64,000 nt of DNA from Anaerolineae bacterium. GTDB lineage: Bacteria; Chloroflexota; Anaerolineae; UBA4142. Position numbers and translations under genes: made by a program. Location: positions 64,556-128,555 of the forward strand of contig DAOUAL010000102.1 of the NCBI GenBank assembly GCA_034433515.1, in the 5' to 3' direction. The notes beneath the pieces were generated by a model that was not told where the DNA came from, did no database searches, and saw nothing but the letters and a program-made list of their open reading frames with translations. Positions 53,605-61,880 of the stretch are shown one piece after another; positions within the stretch are counted from its first letter, which is position 1, and every line of letters begins with the position of its first letter.

Positions 53605-53824
53605 CCGCGCACTTGAGCGGCACCCTTCCCTCAAGGAATCCCTATGCAAACCTTGATTCCAGACACCAATCATTTTAATCTCAAAAATGGTACGCAGCTT
53701 GCCGGTCCCACCAAGGCAATGCGCAACGTTTTTTCGAGGAGTGGGTTATCAAAGATAATAGAATCTTTCGCCGAGGTGGAGGCGGCGATTCATAGTTTCT
53801 CTAGAAAGGAATCTTGAGGCGACG

Positions 53825-54718
53825 ATGACATTGGCATGGCACTTGTTTTACGTATTCATTCGCTTCCTTGCCTTGTTGGCGCAATGGCTTCCGCTGGCAT
53901 GGGCGTATGCGCTTGCCGGTTTTGTGTTTAGTGTAGGGTATCGTTTATGGCCCGAAAAACGGCGCGATACCCAGCACAATGTTTCGCGCATTTTGGGCGA
54001 ACCTGTCGAGAGTCCCACCGTGCAACAACTCGCCCACGAGGTCTGGCGCAACTTTGGCAAATACTTTGTCGAGTTTTTGCGCATGCCCAAGATGACGCGC
54101 GCGGATTTTGATCGGCTGGTGTCTTTGCAGGGCGAAGAGAATCTAGTGCGCGCCCTCCATCATCCGCGCGGCGCGATTTTTGTCCAAGCCCACTTTGGCA
54201 ATATGGATATGTCGGGCGCGATTCTGTTTCGTTACAATCGCACTGTCGTGGTCGCCGCCGATGATCTCAAACCCCCCGCCTTGATGGATTGGGTCAAACG
54301 CGCGCGTGCCAAATGGCGTTTGGAACTCGTCCCTAATCGCGGTTCCATGCCCCTCTTTCAACGCGTGTTAGAGCAAGGCGGCTTGGTCGGTTTGGTCGTA
54401 GATGTGGGCGTACGCAAAAAAGGCATCGGCGTGAAATTCTTTGGGGAGGACAGTATGTTCCCCGCGGGTCCCGCGGTGCTTGCCAAACGCACCGGCGCGG
54501 TGATCGTCCCTTCGTGTGCGTATTGTACGCCGGAGCGCCATTTTGTGGTGGTCGTAGATGAACCGATTGTCTTTCAGGATACCGGCGATGAAGCCGGCGA
54601 TTTGCAGAGAACGACGCAACAAATGGTCAATCGTTTGGAAAGATTTATCGCCGCTCATCCCGATCAGTGGTACATTTTTCGTCCCGTCTGGCATTCGGGG
54701 CAATCATTCAGTTTATGA
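53825..54718 (+). CDS. Lauroyl/myristoyl (LpxL/HtrB)-type lysophospholipid/glycolipid acyltransferase family protein
   Basis: N-terminal TM segment, then WRNFGKYFVEFLRMPKM, HFGNMDM (HX4D-type box) and IAAHPDQWY. Confidence 0.7.
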   Translation: MTLAWHLFYVFIRFLALLAQWLPLAWAYALAGFVFSVGYRLWPEKRRDTQHNVSRILGEPVESPTVQQLAHEVWRNFGKYFVEFLRMPKMTRADFDRLVSLQGEENLVRALHHPRGAIFVQAHFGNMDMSGAILFRYNRTVVVAADDLKPPALMDWVKRARAKWRLELVPNRGSMPLFQRVLEQGGLVGLVVDVGVRKKGIGVKFFGEDSMFPAGPAVLAKRTGAVIVPSCAYCTPERHFVVVVDEPIVFQDTGDEAGDLQRTTQQMVNRLERFIAAHPDQWYIFRPVWHSGQSFSL

Positions 54719-54728
54719 TAGGGAACCG

Positions 54729-55202
54729 ATGAACGAGTCTCTTGCAGAAATTATTGCCCGTTGGTCGCGGGTGGGTCGTAGCGGGTTGCTCCCGGCAATG
54801 ATCGAGGCGCAAGAAAAACTGGGTTGGCTCTCCGAAGAAACGTTGACGCAAATTGCGACCGGTTTGAACGTGCCGCTCGCCGAAGTGTACGGGGTTGCTG
54901 ATTTTTACGCGCATTTGTACACGCACCCGGTTGGCAAAATTATTGTGCGGGTGTGCGACGATGTGCCGTGTTATCTGGCGGGGAGTGAAAAGATCATTGC
55001 GACGTTAGAACAGCGGCTCAAGATTCGCGTGGGCGAGACGACGCCCGATGGCAAATTCACACTCGAAATTGTGCCGTGTCTGGGGCACTGCGATCACGCG
55101 CCGGTGGTGATGATGGGCAAACACGTGTATGAGAATGTAACGGACGCGGATTTAGCAAGTCTAATCTTTGAGCATGAAAAAGTAGGCAGGCAAGAGGGTT
55201 GA
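54729..55202 (+). CDS. NuoE-like [2Fe-2S] subunit (FdsG-type diaphorase small subunit)
   Basis: Contains LLPAMIEAQEKLGWL, VCDDVPCYLAG and PCLGHCDHAPV. The real start is ATG 54729. Confidence 0.8.
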   Translation: MNESLAEIIARWSRVGRSGLLPAMIEAQEKLGWLSEETLTQIATGLNVPLAEVYGVADFYAHLYTHPVGKIIVRVCDDVPCYLAGSEKIIATLEQRLKIRVGETTPDGKFTLEIVPCLGHCDHAPVVMMGKHVYENVTDADLASLIFEHEKVGRQEG

Positions 55203-55234
55203 TTGCCTACAGCCCATTGCTTTCTGAGGTTTTG

Positions 55235-56497
55235 ATGGAAACCAAACTCGTAACTTTGAACCTCGGCGTTATTGATCCCACCAGCATTGATGCTTACATC
55301 GCGCGCGGCGGATTCCAGGCATTGGAAAAAATTGTGCGTGCTGGACAAGTCAACGAGATCGTGGACACGCTCAAAGCGTCTGGGTTGATCGGTCGCGGCG
55401 GCGCGGCGTTCCCAACCGGGCTCAAACGCGAACTGGTGATCAAAGCGGAACCGTTGCATGCATGGCCCGCGCCAGCCACCGTACCTGAACCGTACCGCCT
55501 TTCCTCCGCCTTTGTGGTGTGCAATGCGGACGAATCGGAAACCGGGACGTTCAAAGATCGTTTGTTGCTGGAAGGCGATCCGTTTCGCATCATCGAAGGG
55601 ATGGCGATCACGGCGTTTATCACGTGTAGCACTGTCGGTTTTATTTATGTGCGGGGTGAGTACGGGCTGGCATACGCACGAATGGCACGCGCCATCGAAT
55701 TGGCGCGCGCGCGCGGATTCTTGGGCAAGCCAATTTTCCGCGATGATTTTGAATTCGATATCGAACTCCGGCGTGGGGCAGGCGCGTACATTTGCGGCGA
55801 AGAGACCGCGCTCTTTGAATCCATCGAAGGCAAACGGGGTGAGCCGCGTGTCAAGCCGCCCTTTCCTACCGATAAAGGTTTGTTTCAACGTCCGACGGTC
55901 ATTAACAACGTTGAAACATTTGCGAACATTCCATTTATCGCGCTGGAAGGCGCGGAGGCGTACCGCAAATTCGGGACGGCAAAATCGCCGGGGACGCGCA
56001 TTGTTTGCGTGAGCGGGCACGTGAACAAACCCGGTGCGTACGAAATTGAAATGGGTGTGTCGTTGCGCGACGTGATCGAAAAACTTGCCGGCGGACTGCG
56101 CCCCGGTCGAAAACTGCAAGCCGTGCTCATCGGCGGGGCAGCGGGCGCGTTTCTGCGCCCAGACGAAATTGATGTCCCGCTCGATTTTCAATCGCTTGCC
56201 TCGGTGGGTGCCACCTTTGGTTCGGGCGCAATTATGGTGCTGGACGATACGGCGAATCTGCGCGGCGTGTTGTATCGGATTGCACGATTTTTCAAAGACG
56301 AATCGTGCGGTAAATGTTTGCCGTGTCAACTGGGAACGCAAAGACAATTTGAGATCATCGCGCGGATGGGGCAGGCACAACCGGTGGCGCCTATACTGCG
56401 CGAACTGGGCGCCACAATGCGCGACGCTTCGATTTGTGGGTTGGGACAGACGGCATCCAGCGCGATTGTGAGCGCATTGGATAAAAATCTGATTTAA
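55235..56497 (+). CDS. NuoF-like NAD/FMN/[4Fe-4S] subunit (FdsB-type)
   Basis: Contains GRGGAAFPTGLK, NADESETGTFKDR and ESCGKCLPCQLGT. ATG 55235 after TGAGGT. Confidence 0.85.
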   Translation: METKLVTLNLGVIDPTSIDAYIARGGFQALEKIVRAGQVNEIVDTLKASGLIGRGGAAFPTGLKRELVIKAEPLHAWPAPATVPEPYRLSSAFVVCNADESETGTFKDRLLLEGDPFRIIEGMAITAFITCSTVGFIYVRGEYGLAYARMARAIELARARGFLGKPIFRDDFEFDIELRRGAGAYICGEETALFESIEGKRGEPRVKPPFPTDKGLFQRPTVINNVETFANIPFIALEGAEAYRKFGTAKSPGTRIVCVSGHVNKPGAYEIEMGVSLRDVIEKLAGGLRPGRKLQAVLIGGAAGAFLRPDEIDVPLDFQSLASVGATFGSGAIMVLDDTANLRGVLYRIARFFKDESCGKCLPCQLGTQRQFEIIARMGQAQPVAPILRELGATMRDASICGLGQTASSAIVSALDKNLI

Positions 56498-56522
56498 CGG
56501 CAAAGATATTTTTGGTGAAAAA

Positions 56523-57233
56523 ATGGATTCACGAATGAGCCACGTTACGCTAACGATAGATGGGCAATCCATCACCGTGCCGCAAGGCACGACCCTCTTG
56601 CAAGCAGCAAAGTTGGATAAAACAATTCCAACGATTTGCTATCACGAACATTTCACACCACCCTCGCTTTGCCGACTGTGCGTGGTCGAAGTAGAAAAAT
56701 CGCGCGTGCTAGTGCAAGCGTGTTCGCGTGAATGTGAAAATGGAATGGTGGTGCAAACGAATTCGCCGCGCGTGCGCGCCGCGCGCAAAATGATTCTCGA
56801 ACTCTTGAACAGCGCAGTGGATTTGAGCGATGCGCCGGACATTCAAGCGATGATACGCGAGTACGGTGCGGATGCGGCGCGCTTTGGCGAAGCGAAATGC
56901 CGCGCACATCCGTTGAAAGACGATAACCCTTTTTACATCCGCGATTACTCGAAATGTGTGATGTGCTGGCGCTGTGTCCAAGCGTGCGGCGAAGATGTGC
57001 AATGGACCTTTGCGCTTACCAAAGCCGGGCGTGGATTCGATGTGCGCATTGCGACGTTTTTCGACAAACCGATTCCGGAAACGACGTGTGTCTATTGTGG
57101 CAATTGTGTGCAAGCGTGCCCGACCGGCGCGCTCAAAGCGAAGCGCGAATTTTGGATAAAAGCCGGGCGTGATGTAAGCGAGTTGGTGTGGCATTCGCGC
57201 TTGGACAAGCGACGAAAGATGAAGGACGGATAA
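56523..57233 (+). CDS. NuoG-N-terminal-like Fe-S module of formate dehydrogenase alpha ([2Fe-2S] plus [4Fe-4S] ferredoxin motifs)
   Basis: Contains ICYHEHFTPPSLCRLCVVEV, CVMCWRCVQAC and CVYCGNCVQACPTGAL. It ends at TAA 57231-57233, in the same frame as the next ORF. Confidence 0.8.
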   Translation: MDSRMSHVTLTIDGQSITVPQGTTLLQAAKLDKTIPTICYHEHFTPPSLCRLCVVEVEKSRVLVQACSRECENGMVVQTNSPRVRAARKMILELLNSAVDLSDAPDIQAMIREYGADAARFGEAKCRAHPLKDDNPFYIRDYSKCVMCWRCVQACGEDVQWTFALTKAGRGFDVRIATFFDKPIPETTCVYCGNCVQACPTGALKAKREFWIKAGRDVSELVWHSRLDKRRKMKDG

Positions 57234-57236
57234 CGT

Positions 57237-59366
57237 ATGTCAGATAGAACAGTGTCCACCACCTGCCCCTTTTGCGGGGTAGGGTGTCGGCTCGATCTGC
57301 ATATCAAAGGTGATCAAATTCTCGCGGCGACAACACCATACAATCACGTGGTCAGTCGTGGCAATCTGTGCGTCAAGGGTCGCTTTGGCTGGGATTTCAT
57401 TTATCATCCCGACCGCGTGTTGAAACCATTGATGCGCAAGACGCCCCAACACGCCGGACAGCGTACGCCAGCCCAGCGCGACGATTGGCGCGAGGCAACC
57501 TGGGATGAAGCGCTGGAACTCGTAACCGATCGTTTTGCCGCCACGGTGAAACAACACGGGGCAGACGCCACCGCGGTGTTTTGTTGTGCCAAAGCCACGA
57601 ACGAAGACAATTTCGTTTTGCAAAAAATGTTTCGCGCGGTCATTGGCACGAACAACATTGATCACTGCACACGGTTGTGCCATGCGGGGAGCGTCGTCGC
57701 ATTGCAACTCGCGCTCGGTTCCTCGGCGATGAGCAACACGGCAAGCGAAATTTATCAAACCAAGGTTGCACTCATCACCGGCTCGAACACCGCTGAGACA
57801 CATCCGATCATTGCGTTGCAAATGAAAGATGCAGTCAAACATCACGGCGTTCAACTCATTGTCGCCGATCCGCGCCGTGTTGAGATGGTCAACTTTGCCG
57901 CACTGTGGCTCAACCAAAAACCGGGAACGGACGTGCCGCTTTTCTCGGCGATGGCAAATGTGATTCTCGCCGAAAAACTTTATAACGAATCATTCATCCG
58001 CGAACGCACCGAAAACTTTGAGGTGTTTGCCAAAGCGATGCAAGATTTTACACCCGAGTACGCTGAACGCATTACCGGTGTCCCGCGCGATGATATTGTG
58101 CGCGCGGCGCGAATGTATGCTACGGCAAAACGCGCGATGATTTTTTGGGCGCTCGGTATTCCAGAACACACGCACGGTACGGAAAATGCAATGTCGCTCA
58201 TTCATCTCGCGTTGCTCACCGGCCACATCGGCAAGCCGGGCACCGGGCTGAATCCGTTGCGCGGACAAAACAATGTGCAAGGTGCGTCGGATGCCGGCGC
58301 GATGCCCTGGGATTATCCCGGTTATCAAAAAGTGGACGATCCTCAAGCTATCGAAAAATTTCGCGCGGCGTGGGGCAACGTGCCCCCCGCCCAACGCGGC
58401 TTGACAACCACCGAAATCGCCAACGGCTGGGCAACCGGTACGATCAAGGCGATGTACATCATGGGTGAGAATCCCTTGATGAGCGAACCGAATTTGCGGC
58501 ACGCGCAACACGCCATCGAAAATTTGGAATTTCTGGTGTGCCAGGATTTATTCATCAACGAAACCGGTCGCTATGCCGATGTGATCTTGCCGGGCGCGAG
58601 TTGGGTAGAGAAAGATGGCACGTTTACCAACACCGATCGCCGCGTACAACGTGTGCGGAAGGTGTGTGAGCCGTTCGGCGAGGCGCGTGCGGATTGGCAA
58701 ATCGTGTGCGAGATTGCGCGGCGACTCGAAAAAAAGTTGGGACGCACAAAATCGGCGGGATGGGATTATGCACATCCCTCCGAAATCTTGGCAGAGATGG
58801 GACGGCTTGTCCCGGCGTACGCCGGCATCACGTACGATCGTTTGGAAGACGCTGGCTTGCAATGGCCCGTCCCCACGCGCGATCATCCCGGCACACCCTA
58901 TCTTTTTGAAAAAGAATTTCCACGTGGCAAAGCCAAATTCCACGCGCTCGTGTACGAACCAAGCAAGGAACAACCCGATGATGAATATCCGTTCATCCTC
59001 ACGACCGGGCGTGTGTTGTATCATTGGCACGGCGGCACCCAAACGCGTCACTCGATTCTCGATTTTGCACAACCCGAAGCGTTGGTGGAAATCAATCCGG
59101 CGGACGCGCCGTTGATTCCATGCCACGATGGTGACCCGGTGCGCGTGTCGTCGCGGCGGGGTTCGATTGTGTTGCGCGCCAAAGTAACCGATAAAGCATC
59201 GCGTGGGGTTGTCTTTATTCCCTTTCACTTTGCCGAAGCGGCGGCAAATAGGCTGACGATTGATGCGGTTGATCCGCAAGCGAAAATTCCGGAATACAAA
59301 ATCTGTGCAGTCAAAATCGAACCGGCGACGCTCGCAGAGTTGGAGCAGGTTTTGCAGGCGGCGTAG
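57237..59366 (+). CDS. fdhA: Formate dehydrogenase alpha subunit, molybdopterin (bis-MGD) catalytic module, Cys-type
   Basis: Contains TTCPFCGVGC...LCVKGRF, the active-site stretch IDHCTRLCHAGSV (Cys-His in place of Sec-His) and LRGQNNVQGASDAG. Confidence 0.8.
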   Translation: MSDRTVSTTCPFCGVGCRLDLHIKGDQILAATTPYNHVVSRGNLCVKGRFGWDFIYHPDRVLKPLMRKTPQHAGQRTPAQRDDWREATWDEALELVTDRFAATVKQHGADATAVFCCAKATNEDNFVLQKMFRAVIGTNNIDHCTRLCHAGSVVALQLALGSSAMSNTASEIYQTKVALITGSNTAETHPIIALQMKDAVKHHGVQLIVADPRRVEMVNFAALWLNQKPGTDVPLFSAMANVILAEKLYNESFIRERTENFEVFAKAMQDFTPEYAERITGVPRDDIVRAARMYATAKRAMIFWALGIPEHTHGTENAMSLIHLALLTGHIGKPGTGLNPLRGQNNVQGASDAGAMPWDYPGYQKVDDPQAIEKFRAAWGNVPPAQRGLTTTEIANGWATGTIKAMYIMGENPLMSEPNLRHAQHAIENLEFLVCQDLFINETGRYADVILPGASWVEKDGTFTNTDRRVQRVRKVCEPFGEARADWQIVCEIARRLEKKLGRTKSAGWDYAHPSEILAEMGRLVPAYAGITYDRLEDAGLQWPVPTRDHPGTPYLFEKEFPRGKAKFHALVYEPSKEQPDDEYPFILTTGRVLYHWHGGTQTRHSILDFAQPEALVEINPADAPLIPCHDGDPVRVSSRRGSIVLRAKVTDKASRGVVFIPFHFAEAAANRLTIDAVDPQAKIPEYKICAVKIEPATLAELEQVLQAA

Positions 59367-59369
59367 GAA

Positions 59370-59380
59370 TGTGCTATAAA
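59370..59380 (+). promoter_or_regulatory. Extended -10 element TGTGCTATAAA, 7 nt upstream of GTG 59388
   Basis: Same 10-mer and spacing as 32206-32216. There is no RBS before the GTG. Confidence 0.35.
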
Positions 59381-59387
59381 TGAGACC

Positions 59388-60305
59388 GTGAGCCAAATTG
59401 ATCTCTCCATCGTCATTGTCAGTTATAACGTCCGCGATCTACTCCAGCGATGCCTGGAATCGTTGCGTTCCGAGATTCTGAACCTTGAAACATTTGTCGT
59501 GGACAACGCCTCGTCCGATGACAGCGTGGCGATGGTGCGCGAAAAGTTCCCCGCCGTCCATTTGATTGCGAACGCCGAGAATCGTGGTTTTGCCGCTGCG
59601 AATAATCAAGCGTTTCCACTGACGCGCGGTCGTTACGTGATGATGTTGAACCCGGACACAGAAGTGCACCCCGGCGCGCTCGATCTCCTCGTCCGATTTA
59701 TGGACACGCATCCGCGTGCCGGTGCCTGTGGCGGCAAACTGGTTTACGGCGATGGTTCACTTCAACACTCTGCCTTTGCTTTCCCCACGCTCGCCCAAAT
59801 CTTGCTCGATTTTTTCCCACTCAACTGGCGCTTAACCAACTCCCGGCTCAACGGTCGTTATCCGATGGCGTGGTATGCGCGCGGCGAACCGTTTCAAGTG
59901 GATCATCCCCTGGGCGCGGATTTTCTGGTGCGCCGCGAAACGGCAGAGCAGGTGGGCTGGCTCGACGATCAGTTTTTTATCTATTGCGAAGAGATTGATT
60001 GGGCGATGCGCATCAAACGCGCGGGCTGGGAAATTTGGTGTGTGCCACAAGCCGTGATTGTTCATCACGAAGCGCAATCCACCCGGCAATTCCGTGAGGC
60101 GATGTTTGTCGAGTTGTGGCGCGCGCGCTGGCGCTTGTTCAACAAACATTATTCCCCTTGGTTTCGTTGGGTGGCAAAACAAATCGTGCGGCTGGGTTTG
60201 TGGAACGAAGCGCGTAAAGCGCGCGCCCATTCGGTTACCCAAGACGAACTGACGCGCCGGCTTGACGCGTATCGTCAGGTGTTGGATAATGTGATGTGGG
60301 GTTAG
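59388..60305 (+). CDS. Family 2 glycosyltransferase
   Basis: Contains LSIVIVSYNVRDLL...VVDNASSDDS...NRGFAAANN...LNPD. Confidence 0.8.
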   Translation: MSQIDLSIVIVSYNVRDLLQRCLESLRSEILNLETFVVDNASSDDSVAMVREKFPAVHLIANAENRGFAAANNQAFPLTRGRYVMMLNPDTEVHPGALDLLVRFMDTHPRAGACGGKLVYGDGSLQHSAFAFPTLAQILLDFFPLNWRLTNSRLNGRYPMAWYARGEPFQVDHPLGADFLVRRETAEQVGWLDDQFFIYCEEIDWAMRIKRAGWEIWCVPQAVIVHHEAQSTRQFREAMFVELWRARWRLFNKHYSPWFRWVAKQIVRLGLWNEARKARAHSVTQDELTRRLDAYRQVLDNVMWG

Positions 60306-60309
60306 AGCG

Positions 60310-60705
60310 ATGTCAAAGAAACAGGTCACGCGCACATCACGCAACAGCAAATATGCCATTCCGGCGATTACACCGATTGGCAGTGATGCGCCGGTGAGCG
60401 AGACCCTGCCCAAAGCCGTTCGCCGCATCGCGCGGAAATTGCGTCCTCAGAAAATTATCCTCTTTGGTTCATATGCTTACGGCAATCCCACGCCCGATAG
60501 CGACGTGGATTTGCTGGTGGTGATGAAGACAAAGGCATCACGCAAAGATCGGTATCTTGCTGTGTCACGAATTTTACGCCCGCGTCCGTTTGCGGTGGAT
60601 ATTCTGGTCAAGACACCACAAGAAATAAGAACGGCGATCAAGAACGGCGATTTTTTTATTGAGGAAATTTATACACAAGGCAAGGTGCTGTATGCCCAAC
60701 GCTAA
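60310..60705 (+). CDS. Minimal nucleotidyltransferase (MNT) domain protein
   Basis: Contains ILFGSYAYGNPTPDSDVDLLVV (the GSxxxG...DxD signature). Confidence 0.75.
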   Translation: MSKKQVTRTSRNSKYAIPAITPIGSDAPVSETLPKAVRRIARKLRPQKIILFGSYAYGNPTPDSDVDLLVVMKTKASRKDRYLAVSRILRPRPFAVDILVKTPQEIRTAIKNGDFFIEEIYTQGKVLYAQR

Positions 60706-61078
60706 CGATCCTTCGATGTGGATCGCGCTTGCGGAAGAGGATTATAATGCTGCGCGCTCTGCACTGCGACGACATTCGCCCTGGGTACACATTGCGTGTT
60801 TTCATGCGCAACAAACTGCCGAAAAATATCTCAAAGCAATTTTGGCAGCCCGGGGCAAAATTTTTCCTAAAACTCACGATCTTTTGGAATTGTGCGATTT
60901 GTGTGAGCAAGCCGGCGTGATCGTGTCAGTGCCCATTGATGACCTAGACGTGCTTTCCGACCACGCTGTACAGACACGGTATCCTGATTCTGCCCCTACG
61001 CTTGAAGAGGCACGTGAGGCAATCGCGACTGCCCAAGCCGTTCGCAAATTCGCGCGCAAGTTTTTGAATGTGAGATGA
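60692..61078 (+). CDS. HEPN-domain protein (partner of MNT)
   Basis: ATG 60692 overlaps the MNT gene by 14 nt. Contains WIALAEEDYNAA...FHAQQTAEKYLKA...KTHDLLEL...TRYP. Confidence 0.75.
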   Translation: MPNANDPSMWIALAEEDYNAARSALRRHSPWVHIACFHAQQTAEKYLKAILAARGKIFPKTHDLLELCDLCEQAGVIVSVPIDDLDVLSDHAVQTRYPDSAPTLEEAREAIATAQAVRKFARKFLNVR

Positions 61079-61839
61079 TGGAAAACCGAGTAACGCTCTC
61101 TGTCATCGCCCTCACTCGCAACGAAGAAAAACATATCCGCGATTGTCTGATCTCGGTGTGTGATTTTGCGGATGAACTGATTGTGCTCGATTCACACAGC
61201 ACGGATCGCACAATTGAATTGGCACGTCAAATCGGCGCGCGCGTCGAACGGCGTGCGTTTGATAATTATCCCAATCAACGTAATCATGCGATTGAACTGG
61301 CGCGCGGCGAGTGGATTTTTTTCATTGATGCGGATGAACGTGCTACGCCGGCAGTGGGCCAGGAAATTCAATCTGCCATTCGTAATTTGCACTTAGTTGG
61401 TTTTTGGATTCCGCGCCGTAACATTATCTTTGGCAAAGAGATTCGGTTTACCGGTTGGTCGCCGGATTATCAACCGCGTGTGCTGAAGAGAGGTTTTGCG
61501 CATTTCGATCCGGCGCGCGAGGTGCATGAACTTGTTGTGTGGGATGGCCCAGCCGGCTATCTGCGCGAACCGCTCATTCATTACAACTATGAAACGCTCG
61601 CCCAGTTTCACGCCAAGCAAATCAAGTACACGCGGTATGAAGCGCAGGTGTGGTTCGGGGAGGGTAAGCGTGCGCGGTGGCGTGGCGCGCTGGGTCAGCC
61701 CGTGCGCGAATTTTTTCGGCGTTACATCGCCTTGCAAGGATGGCGCGATGGCGGACACGGATTGTTATTGAGTGTGCTGATGGCGTACTATGCGTTCGTT
61801 CGTTGGAAAATGTTGCGCGAGTTGAATACACGCGTGTAA
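61075..61839 (+). CDS. Family 2 glycosyltransferase
   Basis: Contains LSVIALTRNEEKHI, LDSHSTDRT and FFIDADE. The start overlaps the HEPN stop. Confidence 0.8.
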   Translation: MMENRVTLSVIALTRNEEKHIRDCLISVCDFADELIVLDSHSTDRTIELARQIGARVERRAFDNYPNQRNHAIELARGEWIFFIDADERATPAVGQEIQSAIRNLHLVGFWIPRRNIIFGKEIRFTGWSPDYQPRVLKRGFAHFDPAREVHELVVWDGPAGYLREPLIHYNYETLAQFHAKQIKYTRYEAQVWFGEGKRARWRGALGQPVREFFRRYIALQGWRDGGHGLLLSVLMAYYAFVRWKMLRELNTRV

Positions 61840-61843
61840 AGCA

Positions 61844-61880
61844 AACCGCCCATCCAAGAATCGGTGGGCGGTTATTTTTT
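61844..61880 (+). terminator. Rho-independent terminator
   Basis: AACCGCCCA-N12-TGGGCGGTT followed by ATTTTTTT. It overlaps the 3' end of the convergent cyclase gene. Confidence 0.6.

Noticed and set aside
54729-56497. Calling the NuoE/NuoF homologues the N-module of the nuoAHJKLMN complex I cluster.
   Set aside because: They are contiguous with and co-oriented to a formate dehydrogenase alpha subunit (FdsGBA-like arrangement) and lie 22 kb from the nuo cluster. The association with complex I is unsupported by this window.
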